Shown: in pieces, positions 26,560 to 39,799 of the stretch
Position numbering within the stretch: the stretch's first letter is position 1
How the letters are laid out: each line of letters begins with the position of its first letter
DNA from: Lama glama
Lineage: Eukaryota
Length of the DNA stretch: 64,000 nucleotides
Direction of reading: 5' to 3'
NCBI GenBank assembly: GCA_028534125.1
Contig: CM052816.1
Coordinates: 36,272,001 to 36,336,000, forward strand
Program-made: the position numbers and the translations under genes
Notes under the pieces: model-generated
Told to the model about the DNA's origin: nothing
What the model saw: the letters and a program-made list of their open reading frames with translations, nothing else
Database searches by the model: none

Positions 26560-27500
26560 TTCTTTAAAAATTAGAAATATTTAGGACATTCAGAAATAAA
26601 CAAAAATCAGTACACCTAATAACCTACCACAAACTTAATAAATAATATATTACCTATACAATTAAAGCTAAAAAACCACACCCTCTGATTCCACTCACCT
26701 CCACCCTTGTCCTCCCCTGAGGAAATCATTCTCTTGAACTTGATATTTAAAGCTCCAGTGCACTTCTTATAATTTTACATCATATATATGGTTTAAGTTT
26801 TATGTACATGATACTAAACTGGATGCATACTTCTGCTTTTTGCTTTTATTGCTTGATATAAATATTTGAGATTCATCCATGCTGATAAATGTAGCTCCAC
26901 TTTATTAACTTTCTGTGCATTGGATAAATGCACCATCATTCATGTCTTCTCTTACACATATGGGCATAAGCTATTTCAATTTTTTTAGTATTACAAGCAA
27001 TGGTGTCATAAGTCTTTTATGAATATAACTGTATAATTCATGAATGAACGTGTCTCTAGGATATACAACTAGAAGTGAAATTGCTGGGTCATAAGACATT
27101 CAGTCTTCAAATCTATTATTATCAATTTTTTTCCAAATCTGTCTCTCCCAATTTGTATTCTCACCAGCAGTAAATAAGGATTTCCACTTTTCTATATCCT
27201 TGCCAACTCTTGATAGTGTCAGATTATTTTTTCTTAACCTGATAGTGTGCAATATGATTTCACAGATGTTTTAAATGCAACATTCCATTCCATAAAAGGA
27301 TAAGCCTCTTTTTTTAATGCATTGAGTGACTGATTATTCATATTTCCTCTCCTATGAATCGCTTAGCTCATAATTTTTGCTTACTTTTCTTTGTGGTATT
27401 TAGCTTTTCCTTATTAATTTGTAAATTTAAGAAATACGGATACCAATAATTTGTTGGTTATATGTTTTGCCTATACCTTTTCCTGGTCCATGTCTTATTG
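26560..27500 (-). mobile_element. Ancient L1ME-like 3' region (host of a nested cluster; resumes at about 31130-31210 and 33100-33480)
   Basis: 'tttgagattcatccatgctgataaatgtagct' and 'ctagaagtgaaattgctgggtcataag'. Resumes as 'gtaaatagaatgttgaat...' and 'ccatccttgaatacctggaataaacccagcta'; minus ORF 33344-33565 contains GFIPGIQGWFKI. Confidence 0.7.
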
Positions 27501-27736
27501 TTTAATGCTTTTAATACTATTTTTTTTAAGAGTGATCCTTTTTTAGTGGAAGAACAAGTGCATGCATATACGAACAAATTAATGTATATGCATATACATA
27601 CACACACAAACATAAATGCATGGGAACATACTCACATATATACACACACCCAGAGAAAAAGATTTGGAATGACATATACGAAGAAGATATCACTAGTTGT
27701 TGGAATTGAGAATTTTTTTCTTTTAAAAATCTTATC

Positions 27737-29497
27737 TGGGATTTCCATTTACTGGTCCAGCAGGTAAGGAGCTTGAAAGTTGCCATTCCATCCTAACAAC
27801 AAGTAAAAAGCTGAACCAACTGAAAAATTAACAACTTTTCTTAGATCCATAAAAGAAGTGGGATCACAGAGCTAACTACTGCCCTCCAAATCTGACAGAC
27901 AGACAAGGTGAATACAGAGAATCAAAACCAGCCAGAAGAAAAACTTCTGCAGACACCAGTACCAGGCACAGGAAAACCGGAACTACAGTTGGTGAACTAC
28001 TAGGGGTGCAGGCTGGGCATGTCTGAGAGACAAAAACTCCAGGGGGCCCAGTCACTGGAGTGTCCCTAAACATTAGGGAGCTTTACCTCCTAAAGATCGG
28101 CCTGGTTCTCACAATGAATACTGAAGAAAAATCTCCTCTTGCTTGTGGTAGAGGGAGAGGAAAAGGAACAACTTTAAAGTAAGCCAAAGCATTTTGTTCT
28201 GCTCTTAGGGGAAACAGTTTAACAGATCCTAACCTGCTGAGGTTTTATCAGAATCTAACTGGCCTGGGGTAGGGAAACAACCAACTCCAGCTCAGGCTAA
28301 CAATCCTGTCTAAGTGGTGGAAAAACTGAGAAGCATGTGTGAAGGTCACAGTTTAGAGGCAAAGGCTCACTAAAAGATGGGAACTTAATCACAGGGCTAT
28401 AGAACACTTCCTCTTTTCCTATACCTTACCACATCACTAAAGGTCTATTTATAGCAGTTCCATTAACCCAGTAATATCATGTCTGGCTATCAAGAAAATA
28501 ATTACAAGACACACTAAATGGCAAAAAAATACAGTTTGAAGAGACAGAGCATGCATCAGAACCAGATTCAGATATAGCAGGTTTGTTGGAATGATCAGAC
28601 CTGTAATTTGAAACAATTATAATTAATAGTTAAGGGTATCAATGGATAAAGTAGACAGCATGCAAGAACAAACAGCCAGCGTAAGTAAAGAGGTGGAAAT
28701 CTAATGTAAGAACCAAAAAGAAACGCAAGAGATCAAAATCACTGCTAACAGAAATGTAGAATGCTTTTTACAGATTTAGTAAGCTAGACAGAACTAAGGG
28801 AAGAATCCCTGAACTTAAGGATTTCTCAATAGAAACTTCCAAAATTGAAAAGCAAACAGGAAGAATTATTGAAAAAATTATAACAATATCCAAGAACTGT
28901 GGTATAAACTACAGAACGTATAACTTACTTACAATGGATATACTGGAGGAGAAAAAAAGAGAAAAAGGAACAGAAGAACTATCTGAAACAACAGTGACTG
29001 AGAATTACCCTCAAATTAATGTCAGAAATCAAACTACAGGTCCAGAAAGCTCAGGAAATACCAAGAAGAATTAATGCCAACTCACCACCCTCTAAATCTA
29101 GGTGTATTATTTTTAAATGCAGAGAAATCAAACATTAAGAAAAAACCCTAAAAGAATCCAGAGGGGAAAAAACCCTTTCCTATAGAGGAGCAAAGATAAG
29201 AATTACCTCAGTCTCTCCTCAGAAACTGCAAACACAGATAATGAAAATATTTAAAATACTGAGAGAAAAAAAAATCCCACCAACCTAGAATTGTGTATCT
29301 TGTGAAATTATCTTTCAAAAGCAAAAAATAAACAAAGAATTTCTCAGACAAACAAAAATTAAGCAAATATGCTGCCAATAGAACTGCCTTGCAAGAAATG
29401 ATAAAAGATGTTTGTTAGAGACAAGGAAAATGATATAGGTCAGAAGCTTAGATCTATATAAAAAATAAATAAAGCATCAGAGAAAGAATAAGTAAAT
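27737..29497 (+). mobile_element. L1MC/L1M4-type 5' UTR plus ORF1 remnant
   Basis: 5' end 'gtaaggagcttgaaagttgccattccatcctaacaacaagtaaaaagctg' and ORF1-type 'atttctcagacaaacaaaaattaagc...actgccttgcaagaaatgataaaagatg'. Confidence 0.8.
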
Positions 29498-30061
29498 AGG
29501 GAGTGGAGAAGCCTGAGGCAAACTAAATGGAATACACCTCTTGTAAAAGTGCAACCAGAAATTTTTGGTGACTATGGTTGTGAGGAATTACAGGACTTCT
29601 AGATATGTGTATTTCCTGTAGCTGAGGTCATTGTCAGAGCAGATAAATTAAAGGTTTTGTGAATTCCTGTAGTCTTTCTCAGTTATCACCTCAAGTCCAT
29701 TGCGGTGGAGGCAGGAAAACAAGGACAGAGAGAATGGAGATCCTGTAGTCTGAGGACTTGGCTTTTCCAGGCAGTGTTTTTGTTGTCTCAGACTGAAACA
29801 GGCATCACTGTTGCCAATATTTCCTATACTGATGCAGGGCTTCCCTTCCCCAGGCATGAGGAAAGAAAAAGTAAAGTCAGTATGGGTTTGCTAAGCCTGG
29901 TTATTAAAAAAAGAGTGGGAAAACCAGAATTTTTCAAACTATTTTAAAAAATCCCTAACTGTATTAAGGCATAATTGACATATAATAACCTGTATGTACT
30001 TAAGGTGGACAATTTGAAAAGTCTGTCATACACATAAACTTATGCAACCACTACACTGTGA

Positions 30062-30857
30062 TAAAAGTAGGAATAGAGTAGAACTTCCCTAATTTGGTAA
30101 AGAATGTCTATAAAAATTCTACAGCTAATATCATATTTAATGGTGAAAAATTGGAAGCCAACCCACTAAGATTAGGAACAAGGCAAGGATGTCCCCTTTC
30201 ACAACTGCTTTTCAACATTGTACTGGAAGTCCTAGAAAATGCAATAGGCAAGAAATGGAAATAGAAGCTATAGGGTCTGGGAAGGAAGAAATAAAACTAT
30301 ATTTGTTTGCAGATGATAGATTGTCTATAGAAAATCTGAAAGAAGTGACAAACTTCTGGAGCTGATTACAACAAGGTTGGAGGATACAAGGTTAATATAA
30401 AAAGTCAACTACTTTTCTATATACCCACAATAAACAAGTGGAACTTGGAATTTAAAACACACTGTCATTTACTATGATACCACAAAAAATGAAATACTGA
30501 GGTATAAATCTAACAAAATATATACAAGAGCTTTATGCAGAAAACTACAAATCTCAAGTGAAATATACCAAAGAACAAAATAAATGGAGAAATAGTCCAT
30601 GCTCATGGATAGGAAGATTCAATATTATCAATATGACATTTCTTCCTAACTTAATCTATAGATTCAACGCTGTCCTAATCAAAATTCCAGAACGTACTTT
30701 GTGAATATTAACAAACTGATTCTAAAATTTATACAGAGAGGCAAAAGACTCAGAAGAGTCAATACAATATTGACGAAGAAAAACAAAGTTGAAGAACTGA
30801 CATTACCCAAATTTAATACTGTAAGGCTATTGTAATCAAGACAGTGTGGTGATGGCA
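30062..30857 (+). mobile_element. L1 ORF2 reverse-transcriptase fragment
   Basis: 'ggaacaaggcaaggatgtccc' (GTRQGCP), 'tttgtttgcagatgat' (LFADD) and 'catgctcatggataggaaga' (CSWIGR). Confidence 0.9.
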
Positions 30858-31120
30858 CTTTTCAGATTGTCTTCTTTCACTTAGTAATATGCACTTAAGT
30901 TTCCTCCATGTCTTTTTATGGCTTGACAGCTCATTTCTTTTCAGTGCTGAATAATATTCCATTGTCTAGATGTACCACAGTATATTTAACTATTCACCTA
31001 TTGAAGTACATGTCAATTGCTTCTCAGTTTTGGCAATTATGAAAAAGCTGCTGTAAACATCTGTGTGCAGAGTTTTGTGTGGACATGTTGTCAATTCCTC
31101 TGGGAAAATACCAAGAAGTA
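30858..31120 (-). mobile_element. Inverted L1MC1-like ORF2-end/3' UTR piece
   Basis: 'cttctttcacttagtaatatgcacttaagtttcctccatgtc...ggcttgacagctcattt' is homologous to 1500-1740 of this window. Confidence 0.85.
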
Positions 31121-31215
31121 GCCCTTGTGCTTTTAATATTTTTCTTGTCTTATTTCCCTGGTTATTACCTGTAAATAGAATGTTGAATTAATCATGATGG
31201 GTGGTCTTTCCCCCC

Positions 31216-32066
31216 CTAGCTTTATAGAGATATAATTGATTTATTACATTTTATAAGTTTACAAGGTGTACAACATAATCACTTGATATAAGTATGTACT
31301 GCAAAATGATTACCACAATAAGTTAACATATCCATCACCTCACAGTTATGATTTTTAAGATCTAATCTCTCAGTGATTTTCAAATATACAATACAGTACA
31401 GAACTTATTCATCTTGTAACTGGAAGTTTGTAACTTTAGACCATTTTCCCCACCTCCCACCCCTTGTCTCTGGCAGCCACGAATCTATTCTCTGCTTCTG
31501 TGAGTTTGGTTTTTTCAGGTTCCACATATAAGTGAGATCATATGGTATTTGTCTTTCTCTGTGAGACTATTTCACTTAACATAATGCCCTCAAATTTCAT
31601 CCAAGTTGTCACAAAAGCAGGATTTCCTTCTTTTGTATGGTTGAGTAACATTCCACTGTATACATATACCACATTTAAAAATAATTCATTCATCCATTGG
31701 TGGACACTTAGGTTATTTCCACACCTCAGCTACTGTGAATAATATTGGAATGAACATGGTGGCGGGGGAGGTGGATATCTGAGATAGTAATTTCATTTCC
31801 TTTAGACATATACCCAGAAGTAGATTGCTGAATCATATGGAGTTCTGTTTTTAATTTTTTTGAAGCACTTCCATACTTTTTCCACAGTGGCTGTACTGAC
31901 TTACATTCTCACCAAGAGTATATGAGGGTTCCCTTCTCTTCACATTCTCACCAGCACTTATGATCTCTGTTGTTTTGGTAACAGCCATTCTAACAGGTAT
32001 GATGTGATGTTTCATAGTGGTTTTGATTTGTGATGTTGAGCATCTTTTCATGTTGGCCACTTGAAA

Positions 32067-32097
<31 letters not shown>

Positions 32098-33100
32098 TTT
32101 TAATGTCTATTTAGGTCCTTTGCCCATTTTAAAGTTGAATTTATTTATTTTTTTATTTTTTGTTATTAAGTTGTATGAATTCCTTATATATTCTGTATAT
32201 TAACCTCTTATCAGATATATGGTTTACAATATTATCTTCTATTCCATAAGCTGCTTTTCCATTTTATTGCTGGGTTCTTTTGCTGTGCAGAAGCCTTTTT
32301 GTTTAATGTAATCCTACTTCTTTATTTTTGCTTTTATTGCTTGGGATTTAGGTGTCATATCCAAAAAATCACTGCCAACACCAATATCAAGGAGATTTTT
32401 CTCTATGTTTTGTTGGAGAAAGTTTTGAAGTTTTAAGGTTTCAGGTTTTACATTTAAGTTTTTAATCCATTTTGAGTTAATTTTTTAAATCTGGGAATCT
32501 AAGGTAGGAGTCTAGTTTCTTCCGTTTGCATGTGATTATCCAATTTTCCCAGCACCATTTTTGAAGACTTTTTTCCCATTGAGTATTCTTCTCTCCCTTG
32601 ACAAATATTAGTTGCCTGTATATATAAAGGTTTATTTCTGGCCTCTTGACTCTGTTTCATTGGTTTCTGTGTTTGTTTTTATGCCAATATCTTACTGTGC
32701 TGATTACTATAACTCTGAAATAGAGTTTGAAATCAGGAGGTACGATGCTTCCTGCTGTGGTCTACTTTCTCAGAATTTCTTTGGCTATTTAGTCTTTTGG
32801 AGTTTCATACAAATTTTAAAATTGTTTTTTACTACTTCTGTAAAAAAAAAAAATGTCATTAGAATCTTGGTAGGGATTTTACTGAATCCATCCTATGGCT
32901 AGTACGAACATTTTAACAATATTAATTCTTCCAATCCATGAACATGGGATAGCTTTCCATTTGCTTTGTCTTCTTCATTTTCTTTCATCAATGTCTTAGA
33001 GTTTTCATTGTATAGATCTTTCACCTCCTTCGTTAAATTTATTCCTAAATATTTTGTTTTTGATGCTATTGTGAGATTGATTTCTTTATTTCTTTTTCAG
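31216..33100 (-). mobile_element. L1MA9-like 3' portion (about 1.9 kb, 5'-truncated)
   Basis: 'agctttatagagatataattg...aaatgattaccacaataagttaacatatccatcacctcaca' is the L1MA9-type 3' end. Minus ORF 31851-32060 (MKRCSTS.IKTTM.HH.PVRMA) is the ORF2 C-terminus. Confidence 0.88.
32064..32098. repeat. Compound A-run / (AT)n microsatellite inside the L1
   Basis: Run of A followed directly by '...atatatatatatatatatatat'. Confidence 0.9.
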
Positions 33101-36100
33101 ACAATACTTGTTGTGGACATTCTTATTTTACTCCTGAATTTACTCCTGAATTTAAGTTTCACATTTAAATATAATACTTGCTACAAATTTTGGCTAGCTA
33201 CACTTTACTGGATTAGAAAAGCTCCATTACTGTTAAGAAGTTTTTCAGGAATGAGAGTTGGAATTTTATTAAATAGTTTTCCACATTAGTTGAGATAAAC
33301 ATATGGCTTTCACATTTAAGTTGTGAGTATGAATAAATTATAATTATTTTTTTATCTTAAACCATCCTTGAATACCTGGAATAAACCCAGCTAAGTTGTG
33401 ATTTTTTTTCAACTTTGGAGGATTCATTTTGCTAATATTTTGTTTAGGATTGTTGCCTTTATGTTCATAAGTGATTAAGAACACTTTCTGTACATTCTGC
33501 AAGCAATGTGATCTCAATGATTTTTTTCCAATAAAAAATACTTTCTTCTGGAGATTACTTTTCAATTGTTCTTAAAGAGAAAGATTAAAAAATGTGGTCT
33601 GTGAACCTGGGAACACTTGTTTTTTATAGGAATTCACCAAGATTTTACATATATTTTCTTCTTTTTCTTAAATCCTAAAGCTATTTTCCTTCCTTCATTT
33701 TATAGCTTTCTTTTCCTCTCCAATCTCTCCAAGCACTTATTGACTACAGAATTCACTTATAATTTATACATGATTTTCTGACTACTTTCTATTGTTGTTT
33801 AGGATGTTAGTTATTTTGCTTTTTTCATGTTTTCCTCATAAATAATAAACACTTTTATTCACATATTGGTGTAGGACTTTACTTTGCATTTTTTAGAAAC
33901 TCAATATATAGTTTAATTTTTATTTGACTTTCATTAATGAAAATATCACCTTATACTAAATAACACTTAGTTTGGTAATCTAAGAATTTTGGGAAAATTC
34001 TAATTATCTTTTCAGCCCATGAGTCTTAAAACTATTGTTTTTCATTTTATCCTTTACTTCCATTTTGACCAACTCTCTACTTCCTCAGCACCCATTACTC
34101 TCTCCCAGGAGATTGTGAGTTGACACTTCTACATGGTCAGCTTTTCTAGGTCATTAAGGTTATTGTCAGAGAAATGAAAGATGTTCTTGGCTAAATATCT
34201 GACTACTCTAGTCCATGCCATATTCACTTATTCCTAAAAGCAAGACTGTCAACAAAATTTCAATATATCCTGAATAGCTTCTAAAGGTATAGAGTTCTTT
34301 TACTTTAAAAGGTAACACAAATCTTCTCAGTGGGAAAATAAATGATTGAATCTCACCTCATTCCAAATGAATTAGAGTTGGTGGCTTGTGTGCCTGGAAC
34401 TGACTTACAGTACTTGATGCTAAAATGTAGCCCCTTGTAGTAGTTACAATAAATTAAGGCTTCTGTCAGAGGCTGGAGTCATGAAAGTTAAAAGAAAAAA
34501 ATATATTGCTACCCTTTATATTTTAGGCTCTGATAGGAATTTTGCTCTTCAGCAGGTTGATAGCACAAAATAGACAAATTCAATATTGTAGGATACTGTG
34601 CCAAATTTCATGTGTAGAAGCTTTTGAGTGTCTTGCATTAAGCTGTGAGTTATAGCAGTGAAGGCTTAGAAAGTGAGAAGTGGCATATTTCTTGAGGCGT
34701 ATAGGGCACGCAGGTTCCATAGTTCTCCCTTTGAATGACAACATAGTCCAACTTTCCAGTGAGAAACATGCTGGTGTGTTTCTCTTCCTTTATCCATTTC
34801 TGAATAACATGAAGATGCTATCAATTTAAAAACTGTCACTCAAAGGGCATAGAAATGTTTTTCAGTTAAAAGTTCAGTGACAAACAGAAGACAAAAGCAG
34901 TAATGGGTACTCTGAGAAAGGCGATCATTTTCTACAGCTAATTATCATTATTTTTTCTACATGGAACATTGTTGAAAACATACTGAATAATATATGCTTT
35001 GATAAGATGTGTTTGTAAAAAGCAGCATTCCGCATTACCTCTACCAAGTAACTTAACTACCTCTTAGAAAAAAAAAAAGAGAGAGAGAGAAAGTCACTAC
35101 TAGTATCATTCAGAGTTAGAATACATTTGCTGGGATTATTTTTTGTCCTTTTATCTATGTTTTCTTTGCTGTTGTCACCAAGTAAAAAATGAGGAGAAAC
35201 CTAAGGGTAAACTGAAAGCATTTTCAAGATATCAGTGTTCTGTAATTGGATCTATTTTGCCTTCTTGTACTTCTCCTTTTCTGATAAACTTCACAGTAAC
35301 TCAGGACTCTTTCTGCTCCAGAGCACTGTAGCAACAGGAAACTGCCCAGACATCTTCCCAATGTGTGGATTCACCCATTTGTCAATGGTCTGAAAATAAT
35401 TTCAATGATGTGACTTGTCTGTCCAGCTATTATTTTTAAAATTGAGACAAATTAAGTGGGCATCCTCTGTCTTCAAATGGAGAGCCTGAAATATTAGCAG
35501 TGAAAACAATCTAAAATATTTTTAAAAAAAAAGAATCTGAGAGTGGCTCAGATTACCTGAACTATAATTACCATAAAACCAATAGCAATGGAAGACAGCA
35601 AGAGTTCATACAGCTCCTGGTGCTGGGTATTAAAAGGTATGAAAATAGAGACGAATTTCCTGATTTTTGAAGATAATCCAAGTAAAGCTAATGCACAAAA
35701 AAAACAATGTATCAATACAGAACTAGAAAGTGAAAAGGAAGCAGATCTATTCCAAATGTGATTTAAATCTCATTAAATTTTGAATATTCAGTGAGAATCT
35801 CCTAAGGTTTGAGTTTCTATTCGGGAGTAAAATGGATTCTTAAAAGTGCATTCATCTACGCTGCTAGAGTATCATTTACTAACAAATGATTGCAGCTGTA
35901 CCCAAGTGGCCTAAAAGAGTTTTAATGTTGCTTCCAGATGTGCTTAATTTATTTCCAGGGTATAATGTTTGCCTTGGGAGCCTTGTGTGATTTTCTCACT
36001 TATCAGTGCCAATTTCTTGGGGTTAGGTAAAAGTTTAGTCCTCTTCTAGAAGGGGAAACAGAACAGGAAGATATTACAGCTTCATTAGTATCAAATGAGA

Positions 36101-36689
36101 AACCTTTAAAAATCCTGAGTAAAATAGTATATTTTGTGTGTACTTCATGAGCTTCCACACCTGGCCTTGTTTCTGCAAGGGTTTCCTAGGATTCTTCTTG
36201 CCAATATTCAGTACTATACAAATAATAATGTCTGTGAGGAATTTTTAAAATTCAGAATTTTGAAAATTGCCCTGTAAGTTTAGCTTTCAAAAACTCTAAT
36301 GGTTGATTTGTTATAAAATATTAAGAGGATGAAACAAATCTAATTTTCAGCTACTCAAGGGACTATTGAATTGTAGCTATTGACATTCTTTGAATATTGG
36401 ATATGAGTAAGAGTATAAGATATTTATTACAGAGCAATCATATAAATTTTATTTTGGAGCACATTAAAATGAAGACCAGTTTAAATCCATAATGTTTCTA
36501 GAGGAATTGTGAGATACTTATTAAAGCTACTTTGGTGATGTGCAAACTATATAACTGGATTTCAAGAGGTTTTTCACAAATATAAGTCAAATTGTTGAAG
36601 ATATTCAAATGTATTCTACTGAGTTTAAAGACTTGCTAAAATAGGTGATCTAAACTAACATGTTTCAAAAGCATAGAAATCATCTTGTG

Positions 36690-36940
36690 GGGGCAGGGAG
36701 AGATAAATTAAGAGTTTGGCATTAGCAGATACAAATTATTATACATAAAATAGATAACAAAGTCCTACTGTATAGCACAGGGAAGCATATTCAGTACCTT
36801 GTAATAACCTACAATGGAAAAGAATATGTGTGCGTGTATATATAAATATATATATGACTGAATCACTATGCTGTACACAGAAACTAACAACCTTGTAAAT
36901 CAACTAACTTCAATTAAAAAAAAAGAAAGAAAGAAGAAAT
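36690..36940 (+). mobile_element. Cetartiodactyl-type L1 3' UTR fragment with A-tail and TSD
   Basis: 'gggagagataaattaagagtttggcattagcagatac...tcctactgtatagcacaggga...tgtaaatcaactaacttcaattaaaaaaaaa'; atcatcttgtg is repeated at 36679-36689 and 36945-36955. Confidence 0.9.
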
Positions 36941-37454
36941 ATTCATCATCTTGTGAATGGTGACTTGGTGTCCATATTGAAACTGAAACCTTGGCCTCAT
37001 GTTCTGTACTTTTATAGTACTCTTTCTAACACAGCATGGATGTTTAAAAAAGCAATGAGAACAATTTCCCCAATACCCAAATAACCATTCTGGAAGAGCT
37101 TGTAAACTCAATTCCTTATCTCCAGAATCAAAGTTACAGGAGAGGGCGATCTTCCTCATTAAGATTTAAGTACATAAGTCAGGAACTGAAACAAGAATAG
37201 GAAAATTGCATATTATCAAAATTAACCTTGAAAATCTTTTATTACCCCCCAAAAAATATTTTCCTTCTTTTATGTTGGTCAAGAAATCCTTAAAATCACT
37301 CATACATTCTTTATGTAGGTTTGACACACATAAGCATTATGTTTCATGGTTTCATGCATCCAATGTCTGACTAATACAAATGAAATGATGTTCAAATGCT
37401 TCCTATTTTTGGAAATAAAATTATCACATGATACAACTAGAATATCTTGGTAGA

Positions 37455-37630
37455 AAACAGGCTCATGAAGGCTGAAAATTTTGTTAGTTTTGTTCACTGA
37501 TGAAATTCAGTCACCTCCTAGAATAATGCTGGTCATATAGCAGTAACTCAATAAATATGTGAATATATATGTCAAATAAATAAATATGAATTAGATAGAT
37601 TTAAAAAGTGAATGAATGAAAGATAAATGA
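37455..37630 (+). mobile_element. L2 3' end
   Basis: 'ttttgttcactgatg...cctagaataatgctggtcatatagcagtaactcaataaatatgt...gaatgaatgaa'. Confidence 0.75.
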
Positions 37631-38211
37631 ACATGTCTCATAAACCTAGTTCACAGACATTTTAAGTTAATACCAAAATATCCAGCTAAAGAATTGGTTT
37701 TAAGGAGTTAGATTAAATAAACTTCTGACATATTTGGCTTTTTAAATATCTCTTTTGGCTTGATAATAATTTTGTGTATTTTGAATAAAGTGATAAAATG
37801 GCAATAGCTTTTAGTAGTTATATATAGACAACTGCATTCAAACTCGTTACTCACTGAATTTACCACACATTTTGACATCAGTTAGATACAGTGGAAATCT
37901 ACTACTGCAAAGTAACTATGCAAAATAAAAGATGAGAATTAAGCGACTGCATATGAAACTCTTATAGGAGCTTAAATATTTTTTAACAATATGTCTCACA
38001 AAGAAATTCAACCTTTCAAAACTGAAAATATTTAAATTTCTTATCTGATGGCTTCCTCTAGGTAAAACACTAGTTAGAATGTTATTAGTAATTCAGATGC
38101 TCTAAGACACTTGCACTGGAACTGGGTTTCTTCTTAGGAAGACTGTCCTTAGGAGTCATGGTGTCATCAGATTTTGAAATGTGTTCTCTGTTCTGTCAAA
38201 GGTTTGTAGAT

Positions 38212-38300
38212 TTTCTCTCTTCTTCCCTCCCTCCTATTTTTCCCTTCCTTCCTTTTCCCTTCCTCCTCCCCTCCCTCCCTCAACTTCCTTCTTTTTCTTT
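38212..38300. repeat. Polypyrimidine (CT-rich) low-complexity tract
   Basis: 'tcttccctccctcctatttttcccttccttcctttt...ctccctccct'. Confidence 0.8.
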
Positions 38301-39799
38301 GAATTGTTTAGAGTAGGGTCACAGATTTACTTGCTATACAAAAAAAAAAAAAAACAACTGAACCTCTTTCCTTCTCTATAACCACTCTGACTTCCACAAT
38401 GAAGTCTCGAATTGTGGGGCTTCCCAAGTTGTGGGGAAAAAGAAACAAATATAGTCTGCTTGGGCAATCTGAATCCTATTAAATAAATAATGCTATCAAA
38501 TAGATAGCTAAATGCTTCACATCTTTTAGATAAAGTGTTGCCTTACAGATTCCTGCCCCTTCTCTCATTCTCTTCTGGCATGTTCATTCAAAGCAATGAT
38601 TTCCTGGCAATGCTGAAGACTTGTGGCAGAGCATAGAGGGTTGCTTGTGGAAGACAGGTGCAGCTGTGATTGAGCTCTGCCTCTCGAAATTCACATATCA
38701 GCCACTCAAGGTTGACGTATTTGATCAGTTAAAGCAGTGATTCCAAGGGTCTAATAAAATAAAACCTCCACGTTTTAAATCATTAGTTAAATTCAGTTTG
38801 GAAATAGTCTTATGTTAATTGGATAACATAGTTAAAAGAGATCAGCTATTTAACTACTATGATAGCTAAGAAGATAAAGACCAAAACTGAAAAGAAAGAT
38901 AAGGAGTTCTGGAAAGATGTGCCCTAGAGTAGGAGGAGTAAGCGGGCAATTGGCCTCTATGTCTAGCAGTTCAATTTTTAGCTCTTCTCCCTCTTCTGGA
39001 GAAGAATCAACCTTTCAGCTTTTTTTTTTCCCCCCCAAACAGCAGCAGAGGGAGAGCTTTCCCTCTTTGGTGTTAAATGTTTGATTCATTCATCACTGGT
39101 TTGGTGGAGGAATTATGCATTTTGCTTTAAAACTCTCTGATGAGGGATGCATTTAGAACTGTCGGAAGCAGACACAGAATTTCCATGTTAGCAAATAATT
39201 TAAAAGCATAAAGATAATTATGCAAAAAAAAATCAAAACACAGTAAATGACAGATGAGTAACCAATACACTGGATCTGATCCTAAGTTTCTAGGGTCATG
39301 GGATGTTGGAACTGACATGAGTTAAAATTGTCCCCTCATTTTTTCAGATTTTATGGCTTAATTTTAACTGCTCAATTAAGTATATTTCTCCATGTGAGTA
39401 AACCAAATTACTTTTTTTATGCTTTTATTTTACTTTGAAAAGTCTTGACATTTTACATACATATATGTATGCCTTAAATAATGAAATTTTGGGAGATAAA
39501 AATTCTATCAGATCTTTCAACTATTGGAAGGAATTTTACCTTGAAGCTAACAAAACTTGTTACTTCTACAATAACAGGAGAGGCCCTAGAAATGTGTCCA
39601 CAGAGTCACAGAATTAAGTGAAGTTAGCTAAAGATATGATGTTTCTGTTCATTGTTGCTTCTCTTCATTCACAACTTCTTTTTTGTCAGATAACCCTGGA
39701 ATGTTGGGAGTTATGTCTCAAATCAGACCAAGGCAAAGGTGAGTTGTGGATACACTAAACTTGGGTTTAGTGGTCTATGATTTCAATCCTCAGTCTGTT

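Noticed and set aside
33128..33156. Short tandem duplications (ttactcctgaat x2 here; aaatcacaagg x2 near 17856-17881; aaagtaactc x2 near 45818)
   Set aside because: Ordinary replication-slippage products with no sign of function.
39348..39393. Another small exon ('ttttttcag' ... 'cat|gtgagt')
   Set aside because: Very AT-rich body and weak exonic donor context, typical of a pseudo-exon.
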